From the sequence record MK310184: a DNA stretch of 64,000 bases, one strand, 5' to 3'. The notes below the pieces were generated by a model. It saw nothing but the letters and a program-made list of their open reading frames with translations, searched no databases and was not told where the DNA came from. The DNA is from Phage NC-G. Position numbers and translations under genes: made by a program. This document shows, piece by piece, positions 1 to 6,919 of the stretch (its first letter is position 1; each line of letters opens with the position of its first letter).

Positions 1-57
1 CCTTCTTGAGTAGGTTCTGCACAACGACGAAGTTCATTAACAATATTCAGCTTGTTC
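1..57 (-). CDS. hypothetical protein, N-terminal fragment (continues beyond window start)
   Basis: ATG at 57-55 with GAGGAA RBS just after motA stop; open to position 1. Confidence 0.35.
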
Positions 58-77
58 ATAATAATTTCCTCAGTCAG

Positions 78-710
78 TTAAATTGCATTAGTTACGGTTT
101 TGATAACTTCAGATGATACGTTTTGGAAGTCAATATAAGTATTCTTACCACCAGTCTTAATCTTAACATCAAGATTCAAGGAAGTAAACACTTGTTTTTC
201 TTTATCAGTCATATTATAACCGAAGATACGCATCATTCCGTCACGACGGACTTCGATTTGGCGAATACCGTTGGTACGTTTAGCGAATCGAACTTCAAGA
301 TTGCTACGGTTTTCAGCAATTTCACGAATCTCGATACGGTCTTCTAACAAAGATTTAACTTCATCAGCCAATACCACCATTTCAGGAGTAACACCACGTG
401 AACTGCGAGTTTTACGTTTTTCCAACATCTCTGGAGCATTTTCAGAAGCGAACAGGTCGGCAGCTTTTTGAACTAGGTCCATTGCTTCACCCGTAGCCAC
501 CAGTCCATCACCGGATTTTTCGATGAATCCTTTCTTAATCAATACACCGATGTTAGAATTAACTACCGCAGCACTAAATTGCTCACTCAGGGCTTCACGG
601 ACTTCGCCTGAAGTGATGAAGTTATGCTTGATGATATGTACTAAGATAGAAGCCGTTTTTTCATTCAGGACGTCTTCAGAAGCTTTGATGATATAAGTAA
701 TTTTAGACAT
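78..710 (-). CDS. motA: MotA, activator of middle transcription
   Basis: 210 aa; N-terminus and NSNIGVLIKKG..EKSGDGL region match recalled T4 MotA; synteny beside gene 52. Confidence 0.88.
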   Translation of the reverse strand: MSKITYIIKASEDVLNEKTASILVHIIKHNFITSGEVREALSEQFSAAVVNSNIGVLIKKGFIEKSGDGLVATGEAMDLVQKAADLFASENAPEMLEKRKTRSSRGVTPEMVVLADEVKSLLEDRIEIREIAENRSNLEVRFAKRTNGIRQIEVRRDGMMRIFGYNMTDKEKQVFTSLNLDVKIKTGGKNTYIDFQNVSSEVIKTVTNAI

Positions 711-744
711 TTTAATCTCCGATAACCATTTATTTGATAGGTCT

Positions 745-773
745 ATAGTATCATGTTTAAAGCAGAAGTAAAC
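745..773 (-). promoter_or_regulatory. early sigma70-type promoter upstream of motA
   Basis: minus strand -35 GTTTAC (768-773), 17-bp spacer, extended -10 TGaTACTAT (745-750), upstream A-tract. Confidence 0.6.
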
Positions 774-780
774 ACCTTTT

Positions 781-817
781 TTGCACTAAACCAAAAAAGG
801 AACCCGAAGGTTCCTTA
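781..817 (-). repeat. terminator/UP-element module, near-identical copy at 55841-55880
   Basis: ttttgcactaaacc-aaaaaagg-aacccgaaggttcctt shared with 55841-55880 apart from 1-2 indels. Confidence 0.6.
791..817 (-). terminator. intrinsic terminator after gene 52 operon
   Basis: 8-bp stem AAGGAACC/GGUUCCUU with UUCG tetraloop (797-816) followed by U6 on minus-strand transcript. Confidence 0.7.
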
Positions 818-919
818 CTTTTTAAAGTGTGCCGCTATTAAACCAATAGCTAAGCCTGTTGCCAGGCCTAGGATAACAGCAAAGATACAGAGTAACAAGA
901 ACTCGACTCCAAGGCTCAT
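815..919 (-). CDS. small hydrophobic peptide (34 aa)
   Basis: ATG overlaps gene 52 stop (ATGA), GGAGG RBS, hydrophobic MSLGVEFLLLCIFAVILGLATGLAIGLIAAHFKK; below track size cut-off. Confidence 0.35.
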   Translation of the reverse strand: MSLGVEFLLLCIFAVILGLATGLAIGLIAAHFKK

Positions 920-2295
920 AGAGCCTCCAAATCTTTAACATACTCAGTTACAACATCAGTGGTTTTCCAGTATTGATGCTCTTCTTTCTTGGCCTTGGCT
1001 TCCAAAGCCAGTTTCTTAGCTTCATCGGACGTGATATGGAAAATGTTCATTGCTACGAGTTTATCGGCATATTCACCATAGACTTTATTGCTGGCCAATT
1101 CTTCGGTTAAAACCTTACGGGTCTTACCTTGGATAACCACTACACCATCAATAACATCTTTAATGAATGTAGCTTTGGCCAATGCCAGTTTGAAAGCTTC
1201 TTCGGTTTCGATGATTTTACCATCAATACGTTTTTGTACAAAGGTCTTACGGACCTCAACGAAATCACGAATCAGTTCAACTACATCTTCGTAAACCTTA
1301 AGTTTACCTTTTTCATTAATGACGGTCAGGTTTTGCGAACGACGTTCGATTAACCCAAAGTCCTTCATGATTTTTTCGTGCTTCTTATTTTCTTCAGTAG
1401 GCAATTCGTATTCTTTACGAATCTTAACCTTGAAGCCGAAACCATTCTCGTCACAGTCGTCATCATACGTGATATACCCTTTGTCTTCTAAAGGGTCCAG
1501 AACCTTAGCTACATACGTTTCACGGTCATATTTGTACGGGATTTCTGTGATATGCATTTGGGTTCGAGATGTGAATTTATACGTTCCACGAATCTCATAA
1601 CTACCCGGTTCAATCTCAACCACATCACCACGGAATTCCGGATAAGCCACCTTAGGCTTGGTTACGCGTTTTTCTTGAAGAACCTGCAATACAGCTTTCT
1701 TAACAGAATCAAAACTATGAGGAAGAATATTAGTTGCATAACCAGTTGCAATACCGGAAATACCATTAAGAAGAACAGTAGGAATAATAGGCAGATAAAA
1801 AGCTGGTGGCTTATGTTCAACATCCGCATGAACCGGAGCATATTCTGTATCCTTATAAACCTTTGCGAAATTAGTTCCAATACGTGCAAAAATATAACGA
1901 GAGGCTGCAGCCTTTTGAACCAAACGAGAACCAAAGTTACCTTGCCCATCCAACAGTGGGAAGTTGTTGTTCCATGTGTTAGCCATCAAAGCACCTGCTT
2001 CCTGAGCAGAGCCTTCACCATGGTGATATCCAAGGTCGGCTACACCGCCTGCAATAGAAGCTAGTTTGTGGAATTTTTCTTTATTACCACGAGCCATATC
2101 AAGACAACGAGCAACTACAAAACGTTGTACAGGTTTAAAACCGTCAATCATATTTGGAATGGCGCGGTTTTCGACAGTATACATTGCGTAAGCCAGCGCT
2201 TCGTTGTCGATAATGCTTTTTAAGTCACGACGAGTAAAAGCGTCATCGTAAACATCTAAGGATTGTTTAAAAAGGGTATCAATTACATCAGCCAT
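916..2295 (-). CDS. 52: DNA topoisomerase II medium subunit (GyrA-like) gp52
   Basis: 459 aa; DLKSIIDNEALAYAMYTVENRAIPNMIDGFKPVQRF and downstream blocks match recalled T4 gp52. Confidence 0.93.
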   Translation of the reverse strand: MADVIDTLFKQSLDVYDDAFTRRDLKSIIDNEALAYAMYTVENRAIPNMIDGFKPVQRFVVARCLDMARGNKEKFHKLASIAGGVADLGYHHGEGSAQEAGALMANTWNNNFPLLDGQGNFGSRLVQKAAASRYIFARIGTNFAKVYKDTEYAPVHADVEHKPPAFYLPIIPTVLLNGISGIATGYATNILPHSFDSVKKAVLQVLQEKRVTKPKVAYPEFRGDVVEIEPGSYEIRGTYKFTSRTQMHITEIPYKYDRETYVAKVLDPLEDKGYITYDDDCDENGFGFKVKIRKEYELPTEENKKHEKIMKDFGLIERRSQNLTVINEKGKLKVYEDVVELIRDFVEVRKTFVQKRIDGKIIETEEAFKLALAKATFIKDVIDGVVVIQGKTRKVLTEELASNKVYGEYADKLVAMNIFHITSDEAKKLALEAKAKKEEHQYWKTTDVVTEYVKDLEAL

Positions 2296-2299
2296 AATT

Positions 2300-2440
2300 T
2301 TACCATACTAGTGAATGAATAACCATAATAACATCGGAAATAAAAAGCACAACTTGGATAAGACCGAATATTACTCCATAATACAGTGCTACAAATAAAG
2401 CAGCAAGGGCTACAGAGTAGCCCAAGATTTTCTTAATCAT
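2300..2440 (-). CDS. small membrane protein (46 aa)
   Basis: ATG overlaps stop of upstream ORF (ATGATTAA); hydrophobic MIKKILGYSVALAALFVALYYGVIFGLIQVVLF...; ends 5 nt before gene 52 ATG. Confidence 0.35.
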   Translation of the reverse strand: MIKKILGYSVALAALFVALYYGVIFGLIQVVLFISDVIMVIHSLVW

Positions 2441-2594
2441 TTTTAATCATCTTAAGTAAGCCGACAGAAGTAGAAAGCACCCAGCCAATAAACAGAAAAC
2501 TTAAGAATACCGGACCAGGGGTCCACACACCTAAAAAGAAGCAAACTGAACAGACTATAGCCATAATAAGTTCAATAAAAACTAGGATAATCAT
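2433..2594 (-). CDS. small membrane protein (53 aa), ac-position
   Basis: track ORF 2433-2666 trimmed to ATG 2594 with GAGG RBS; two predicted TM segments. Confidence 0.4.
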   Translation of the reverse strand: MIILVFIELIMAIVCSVCFFLGVWTPGPVFLSFLFIGWVLSTSVGLLKMIKND

Positions 2595-2604
2595 ATTTTC
2601 CTCA

Positions 2605-2712
2605 TTAGCGTCCGAAGACGCCTTTAGTTTTAAGATTGATACGATAGAACTGCATCGCATGTTCATTATGGAAATTACTCCGTAATACAGTAGCCCAAGA
2701 TTTCTTAATCAT
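2605..2712 (-). CDS. stp: Stp-like peptide, N-terminally extended paralog (35 aa)
   Basis: ...[24 protein letters not shown] matches recalled T4 Stp; ATG overlaps upstream stop. Confidence 0.45.
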   Translation of the reverse strand: MIKKSWATVLRSNFHNEHAMQFYRINLKTKGVFGR

Positions 2713-2858
2713 TTTTTGGTAAAGGCCTGTAGAATCAGAACAAATGCCAATATGAATTGTGGAATGGCCTGAGAAATGACCGAAGTTTCACCTGTTGTAA
2801 TAGTCCAAATACCTAGATAAGTCCAAATACCCGCAGCAAAACCTTGTAAAATATTCAT
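2709..2858 (-). CDS. small membrane protein (49 aa)
   Basis: ATG 2858 with GAGG RBS overlapping stp stop; hydrophobic; stop overlaps ATG of stp-like paralog. Confidence 0.4.
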   Translation of the reverse strand: MNILQGFAAGIWTYLGIWTITTGETSVISQAIPQFILAFVLILQAFTKK

Positions 2859-2865
2859 ATTTTCC

Positions 2866-2946
2866 TCAAGGGCGTCCGAAGACGCCAGTTAATTTCAGAT
2901 TATGACGGTGCCATTGCATCACATGTTCATTATAGAAATTACTCAT
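2866..2946 (-). CDS. stp: Stp peptide (26 aa)
   Basis: [26 protein letters not shown] closely matches recalled T4 Stp [26 protein letters not shown]; ATG overlaps upstream stop. Confidence 0.65.
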   Translation of the reverse strand: MSNFYNEHVMQWHRHNLKLTGVFGRP

Positions 2947-3112
2947 AGATACCACACATTTTGCATAAACGTTCAAAACAAATATAACCACCACATAAAC
3001 ACATCATGACGGCAACTTTATCATTAAAGGGCATACCGAAAGCCATAAAGGCTCCGGTAACTACTAATGAAGCTAAAACAAATAGATAACCCATTACAAA
3101 GAACGTTCTCAT
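2939..3112 (-). CDS. small Cys-rich membrane protein (57 aa)
   Basis: ATG 1 nt after ndd stop (TAATATG); hydrophobic N-terminus, C-terminal [16 protein letters not shown]. Confidence 0.4.
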   Translation of the reverse strand: MRTFFVMGYLFVLASLVVTGAFMAFGMPFNDKVAVMMCLCGGYICFERLCKMCGIYE

Positions 3113-3113
3113 A

Positions 3114-3563
3114 TTAATAACTCTGTAGAACGAATTTAAAGTTATCAGCCAACATGCGGTTCATTTCTTCCAGGGTCTGAAGGTCGGAACTATGGTTGCG
3201 AGTGAAAGCCATTGCAATTTGACCCTTACCAAAACCTGTAGTCAGTGGTTTCATTTTAGAAGCAGGTACATAAAGAACTTCATACACTACACCGTTCACA
3301 GCCATAGTGCGAGCTGATTGAGAACGTTTCTTACGGATGTTAGCCACAATACCATCAAGACCTTGAGCTGAACGTTGGTTGCCGACATAAAAGCGAGCGG
3401 CTACGACACGAGAATCTGCTTCACCTTTAACAAAGAAGTAGAAGCCTGGCTGGGCAGCGATTTCTTTAGAAGGCTTACCATTTTGGTATTCGCCATTCTT
3501 AACATAAGCAACAGTAGTAGCACCAGCAGACAGAACGTCACGGCGAGTCATATAAGTATTCAT
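3114..3563 (-). CDS. ndd: Ndd nucleoid disruption protein
   Basis: 149 aa; [39 protein letters not shown] blocks match recalled T4 Ndd. Confidence 0.9.
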   Translation of the reverse strand: MNTYMTRRDVLSAGATTVAYVKNGEYQNGKPSKEIAAQPGFYFFVKGEADSRVVAARFYVGNQRSAQGLDGIVANIRKKRSQSARTMAVNGVVYEVLYVPASKMKPLTTGFGKGQIAMAFTRNHSSDLQTLEEMNRMLADNFKFVLQSY

Positions 3564-3612
3564 ATCAATTTCCTCAGTAGATTAATGTTTTGTTATCCAG
3601 TCAACGAGAACC

Positions 3613-3641
3613 ATTATAACATGATTCTCGAGGTTGTAAAC
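3613..3641 (-). promoter_or_regulatory. early sigma70-type promoter upstream of ndd
   Basis: -35 GTTTAC (3636-3641), 17-bp spacer, -10 TATAAT (3613-3618), upstream A-tract. Confidence 0.65.
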
Positions 3642-3985
3642 TATTTTTGTAGCTGTTCTAAAATAAATCCGCTCGTATAAAAAGAAGCATTATAAACCTT
3701 GTTCAGCGGGTTCAAAGCACGTCCGTAAGTATCACGTAATTCTTTGATAACGTTTTCATAACTCACGTAGTAAGCACTATGATAACCTGGGTCCATACTC
3801 ATACGAAATTTAATGAACCGATAAAAGCCTGTTTCCGGGTCTTGAACGAAAACGAAATCAGCACTCGTCATAATCTTTGAATGTACGCCGGGAATCATAC
3901 TTTGATTGAATGCCACCGATGCATCCTGAAGGCTGAGTTGTTTAAAGAACATTACCTTAGCATTACCAAAAAATACTTTAGACAT
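3641..3985 (-). CDS. hypothetical protein (114 aa)
   Basis: track ORF, co-oriented and tightly packed; no motif recognised. Confidence 0.55.
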   Translation of the reverse strand: MSKVFFGNAKVMFFKQLSLQDASVAFNQSMIPGVHSKIMTSADFVFVQDPETGFYRFIKFRMSMDPGYHSAYYVSYENVIKELRDTYGRALNPLNKVYNASFYTSGFILEQLQK

Positions 3986-3999
3986 AATAATTTCCTCAA

Positions 4000-4224
4000 T
4001 TATTCAGAGTCGACTTCTTCTGATAATTCCATCAGTTCATCAACCGTGAAACACTCGGTATTATTTTCAATAGCAAAACGCTTTTGATAAAAAGGATAAT
4101 CCAAACAGTTTTCAGTACGAATGGGTCGCTCGCTATTATCCATTAAAGGAGAAATACGAATCAATTGTTGACCATTACCTAAGACAAATTTTTCACCAAC
4201 TGCGATATCTTTAAAAAGTTTCAT
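4000..4224 (-). CDS. hypothetical protein (74 aa)
   Basis: track ORF trimmed to ATG 4224 with GAGG RBS right after upstream peptide stop. Confidence 0.5.
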   Translation of the reverse strand: MKLFKDIAVGEKFVLGNGQQLIRISPLMDNSERPIRTENCLDYPFYQKRFAIENNTECFTVDELMELSEEVDSE

Positions 4225-4234
4225 AATATTTTCC

Positions 4235-4345
4235 TCAGAAGTTAAAGAATACACGTACATGGTCAATCATAAAAACTATTGGGAAAATGCTCAATACAAC
4301 CAATAGCACAAACATGTTCCAAATTGCTTTAAGTAAGTTTTTCAT
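4235..4345 (-). CDS. small hydrophobic peptide (36 aa)
   Basis: first ORF after early promoter; GGAG RBS; MKNLLKAIWNMFVLLVVLSIFPIVFMIDHVRVFFNF. Confidence 0.35.
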   Translation of the reverse strand: MKNLLKAIWNMFVLLVVLSIFPIVFMIDHVRVFFNF

Positions 4346-4371
4346 AATCATCTCCATTAGTTGATAGGTCT

Positions 4372-4400
4372 ATAGTATCATGTCTAATGGAGATGTAAAC
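4372..4400 (-). promoter_or_regulatory. early promoter with RBS-complementary spacer
   Basis: -35 GTTTAC 4395-4400, 17-bp spacer, -10 TACTAT 4372-4377; inverted repeat 4351-4360/4384-4393. Confidence 0.6.
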
Positions 4401-4490
4401 TGATTTATGCCAATTTCCACAACAATAAACTAAAACATATACAAATAATTGGGATACAAGTCAACCAAATAAGGCACCAGGTTTTGCTAC

Positions 4491-4751
4491 TCATAATACT
4501 ATCTCTTTTATTTCCATAAACCCATCATTCAGTGCATGGCGGAGTTCATAATGGATATCTATACCATCGACATTATCTAATTTACCGTCGATAAGTTTTT
4601 GTAAATCTTTTTTTGACGCTATCAAAGGACGAAGAAATCTACAATTAGAAAGGGATAATTCCGTAATAACATCTTCACCTGATGCATCGTACATTGCGGC
4701 AACAACTTTACCCGTAACTTTGTGTTTAGCGTAATATAATTTGATATCCAT
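4491..4751 (-). CDS. hypothetical protein (86 aa)
   Basis: track ORF trimmed to ATG 4751 with GAGG RBS. Confidence 0.5.
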   Translation of the reverse strand: MDIKLYYAKHKVTGKVVAAMYDASGEDVITELSLSNCRFLRPLIASKKDLQKLIDGKLDNVDGIDIHYELRHALNDGFMEIKEIVL

Positions 4752-4781
4752 TTTGTTTCCTCTCATGTAGTTGATAGGAAG

Positions 4782-4811
4782 ATAGTAACACCATCCGTGG
4801 CGTATGTAAAC
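4782..4811 (-). promoter_or_regulatory. early promoter
   Basis: -35 GTTTAC 4806-4811, 18-bp spacer, -10 TACTAT 4782-4787, conserved ctatcaac box downstream. Confidence 0.5.
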
Positions 4812-4825
4812 ACTTATTTTAAAAA

Positions 4826-5302
4826 TTATAAGGCGAGATACCAGCCGTTGTAATTACTCTTACGGACTAGCTTTTTGATGGATTCTCTGTCACCAGAGAA
4901 CTTAGGAGTGAACAGGACGTCGCCTGCCTCATTTACTGAAGTGTCGAATATAATTATACAGTCTGCAACTTTATGATTCAAGAGCGGTCCCAGGTTAATC
5001 CCTTTTCCATAAGGGAAGTCACCCGAGTATCCTGTAGTGCAGGAAATCCACTTAGAATCGGATTGGTGGGTCTTGACCTCTACACGTAGCCCACAGTACA
5101 TAGGATGGGCTAAAACATCCCAGGCGTAGGTATAAGGGTCGTCATGGTCTTCCAGACCACTGTTGACATATCCTTTCAACCAATCAGCAACCATGTACTC
5201 TGCATACGTCGCAATAACACACCGAGTCAATACTTCTTTCTTATCTTGGGATGGGTCCTGGCTTAAGGAATACAATACGGTATCCTTAATCTTGACCTTC
5301 AT
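4826..5302 (-). CDS. hypothetical protein, possible nuclease (denB position)
   Basis: track ORF trimmed to ATG 5302 with AGGTGA RBS; D...EVK pattern; synteny between ndd and rIIB. Confidence 0.45.
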   Translation of the reverse strand: MKVKIKDTVLYSLSQDPSQDKKEVLTRCVIATYAEYMVADWLKGYVNSGLEDHDDPYTYAWDVLAHPMYCGLRVEVKTHQSDSKWISCTTGYSGDFPYGKGINLGPLLNHKVADCIIIFDTSVNEAGDVLFTPKFSGDRESIKKLVRKSNYNGWYLAL

Positions 5303-5315
5303 TTCACCTGTTAAA

Positions 5316-5642
5316 TCAGATGTCTTCAGGGTAAATGTCGGCATCTTCGACAGTCGAACTAGTCCCGGATTTGACGGATTCATAATCACCACCAATATAC
5401 AATTCTTCGACGTGAACATTACCAAAATAGATACGAGAGTTTTCACTCAATTTACTGTGGTCTAATTTTTTAAGGTTTTCAACTGAATCGAAAATCACAT
5501 CTGTTGCAAAAAGATGGCCTGTAGCTTTATCAGATTTGATTACATCTACACAATAAACCTTATCGGCCACATGATTACCCTGGAGATAACTATCTTTGAT
5601 ATCTTCGTCGCCGACGTTCATGAAATTAATCATTTTACTCAC
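5316..5642 (-). CDS. hypothetical protein (108 aa)
   Basis: track ORF, co-oriented and tightly packed; no motif recognised. Confidence 0.5.
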   Translation of the reverse strand: MSKMINFMNVGDEDIKDSYLQGNHVADKVYCVDVIKSDKATGHLFATDVIFDSVENLKKLDHSKLSENSRIYFGNVHVEELYIGGDYESVKSGTSSTVEDADIYPEDI

Positions 5643-5832
5643 CGAAATAAGAAATACGAACCTCTAAACAATGAGCATATGCACCCATCGCATCCAGTTG
5701 TGCAATAAGTAACCCTTGTTGACGGATATCAAGAGTTTCAAAAACACCACCTTTAATAAACTCTTCGAGAGCATTAATTTTCAGGACCAGTTGGTCATAT
5801 TCTTCAATTACACATGCTTGGAAACCTAACAT
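5635..5832 (-). CDS. hypothetical protein (65 aa)
   Basis: track ORF; GAGG RBS right after hairpin downstream of rIIB. Confidence 0.5.
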   Translation of the reverse strand: MLGFQACVIEEYDQLVLKINALEEFIKGGVFETLDIRQQGLLIAQLDAMGAYAHCLEVRISYFGE

Positions 5833-5844
5833 AATTCCTCATTA

Positions 5845-5860
5845 GGAGGCCGAAGCCTCC
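5845..5860 (-). other. RNA hairpin GGAGGC-UUCG-GCCUCC between rIIB and next gene
   Basis: perfect 6-bp palindrome with UUCG loop, no U-tract, immediately 5' of downstream RBS. Confidence 0.5.
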
Positions 5861-5870
5861 GTTTATTGAT

Positions 5871-6905
5871 TTAGTATTTGTATTCGTTTGCGAACTGTTC
5901 AGTGACGTCTTCCAGAACTTCATAATAACATACACGCATTTTAGCATCACCGTAATCGACCGGGATACTAACAACATCACGTGGGTTAACTTTGCATGAA
6001 ACTACTTTACAGTTAGAGTTACCAAAATGACCAATATAGCTACGAGAGCAAACGTGCAGACCACTTGAACAAGTTACTTCGTCGTCATCATTTACACGCG
6101 AACGAGGCATTTTAACTGGCTTACCTGGCGAGTTATCAAACGTACCGGTACGGCAGTCGGTGTAATCAGAGTTAACAACTTTCCATGCGATAAAGTGGCC
6201 GTCTTCAGTGATTTTGATATCGTTCGCGACCAGGAAGTCGAACAGACGCTGTACAGCTTTTTCGCTTGGGTTTTCTAACAGGTTTTCAAGGAACGGCAGG
6301 TAGAATTCAAAATCTTCGCCATTTTCCATTGAGGTGATAATACGGTCAATCAACCCTGAACGCAATTCGATACCTTGATAAACCAGACGTCCACCTTCAA
6401 TACGAACGTTACCTTTAACGAAAGCCTTAACAGCTTCTTTAATGGAAATCAGTTTAATCGCATCATCAAAACGGGATTCTTTAAGGGCCTGTACGATGGC
6501 ATCAAAATGTTTGTTCTTATTAGTAGTGTTCCATACTGTGCGACCTTCAGTGATGGATACGAATTTAGAACTCGCGTTCCAAATAATTTCCGGACGAGAA
6601 CCACCAATAGTAATATCAACCGGAACAACTCGCGGCTCATTAGGAACTGTTACTTTAATATTTCCGGTAATAGTCACTTCTGTTGGGGCATTAAGAGGTA
6701 CAGCAGGCGCTTTTTTAAGAGACTCTGCCATAGAATTAGCCACTTGAGAACGTTTAGCTTCTTCAGAATTTTTCAGGACTTTACGGACAGTATCAACAGA
6801 AACACTATGCCAATCGGCTAGTTCCTGCTGAGTATAATTACCTGTGGCATAAAGGTCAACGATGTCGGCTTGTTCGGATTTGGACAAACATTTAATATTG
6901 TACAT
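5871..6905 (-). CDS. rIIB: rIIB protein
   Basis: 344 aa; N-terminal region matches recalled T4 rIIB; directly downstream of rIIA. Confidence 0.88.
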   Translation of the reverse strand: MYNIKCLSKSEQADIVDLYATGNYTQQELADWHSVSVDTVRKVLKNSEEAKRSQVANSMAESLKKAPAVPLNAPTEVTITGNIKVTVPNEPRVVPVDITIGGSRPEIIWNASSKFVSITEGRTVWNTTNKNKHFDAIVQALKESRFDDAIKLISIKEAVKAFVKGNVRIEGGRLVYQGIELRSGLIDRIITSMENGEDFEFYLPFLENLLENPSEKAVQRLFDFLVANDIKITEDGHFIAWKVVNSDYTDCRTGTFDNSPGKPVKMPRSRVNDDDEVTCSSGLHVCSRSYIGHFGNSNCKVVSCKVNPRDVVSIPVDYGDAKMRVCYYEVLEDVTEQFANEYKY

Positions 6906-6919
6906 AATATTTCCTTAGA

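Noticed and set aside
1552-2064. Plus-strand ORFs from the six-frame track (this one and, for example, 6375-6821, 10475-10960, 35709-36095, 56635-57288)
   Set aside because: All lie antisense inside well-supported minus-strand genes and show low-complexity composition; they are open frames expected opposite AT-rich coding sequence, not genes.
2609-2886. GGCGTCTTCGGACGCC hairpins first read as intrinsic terminators
   Set aside because: They sit inside the stp reading frames, have no U-tract, and are followed directly by an RBS; kept as a structural observation, not a terminator.
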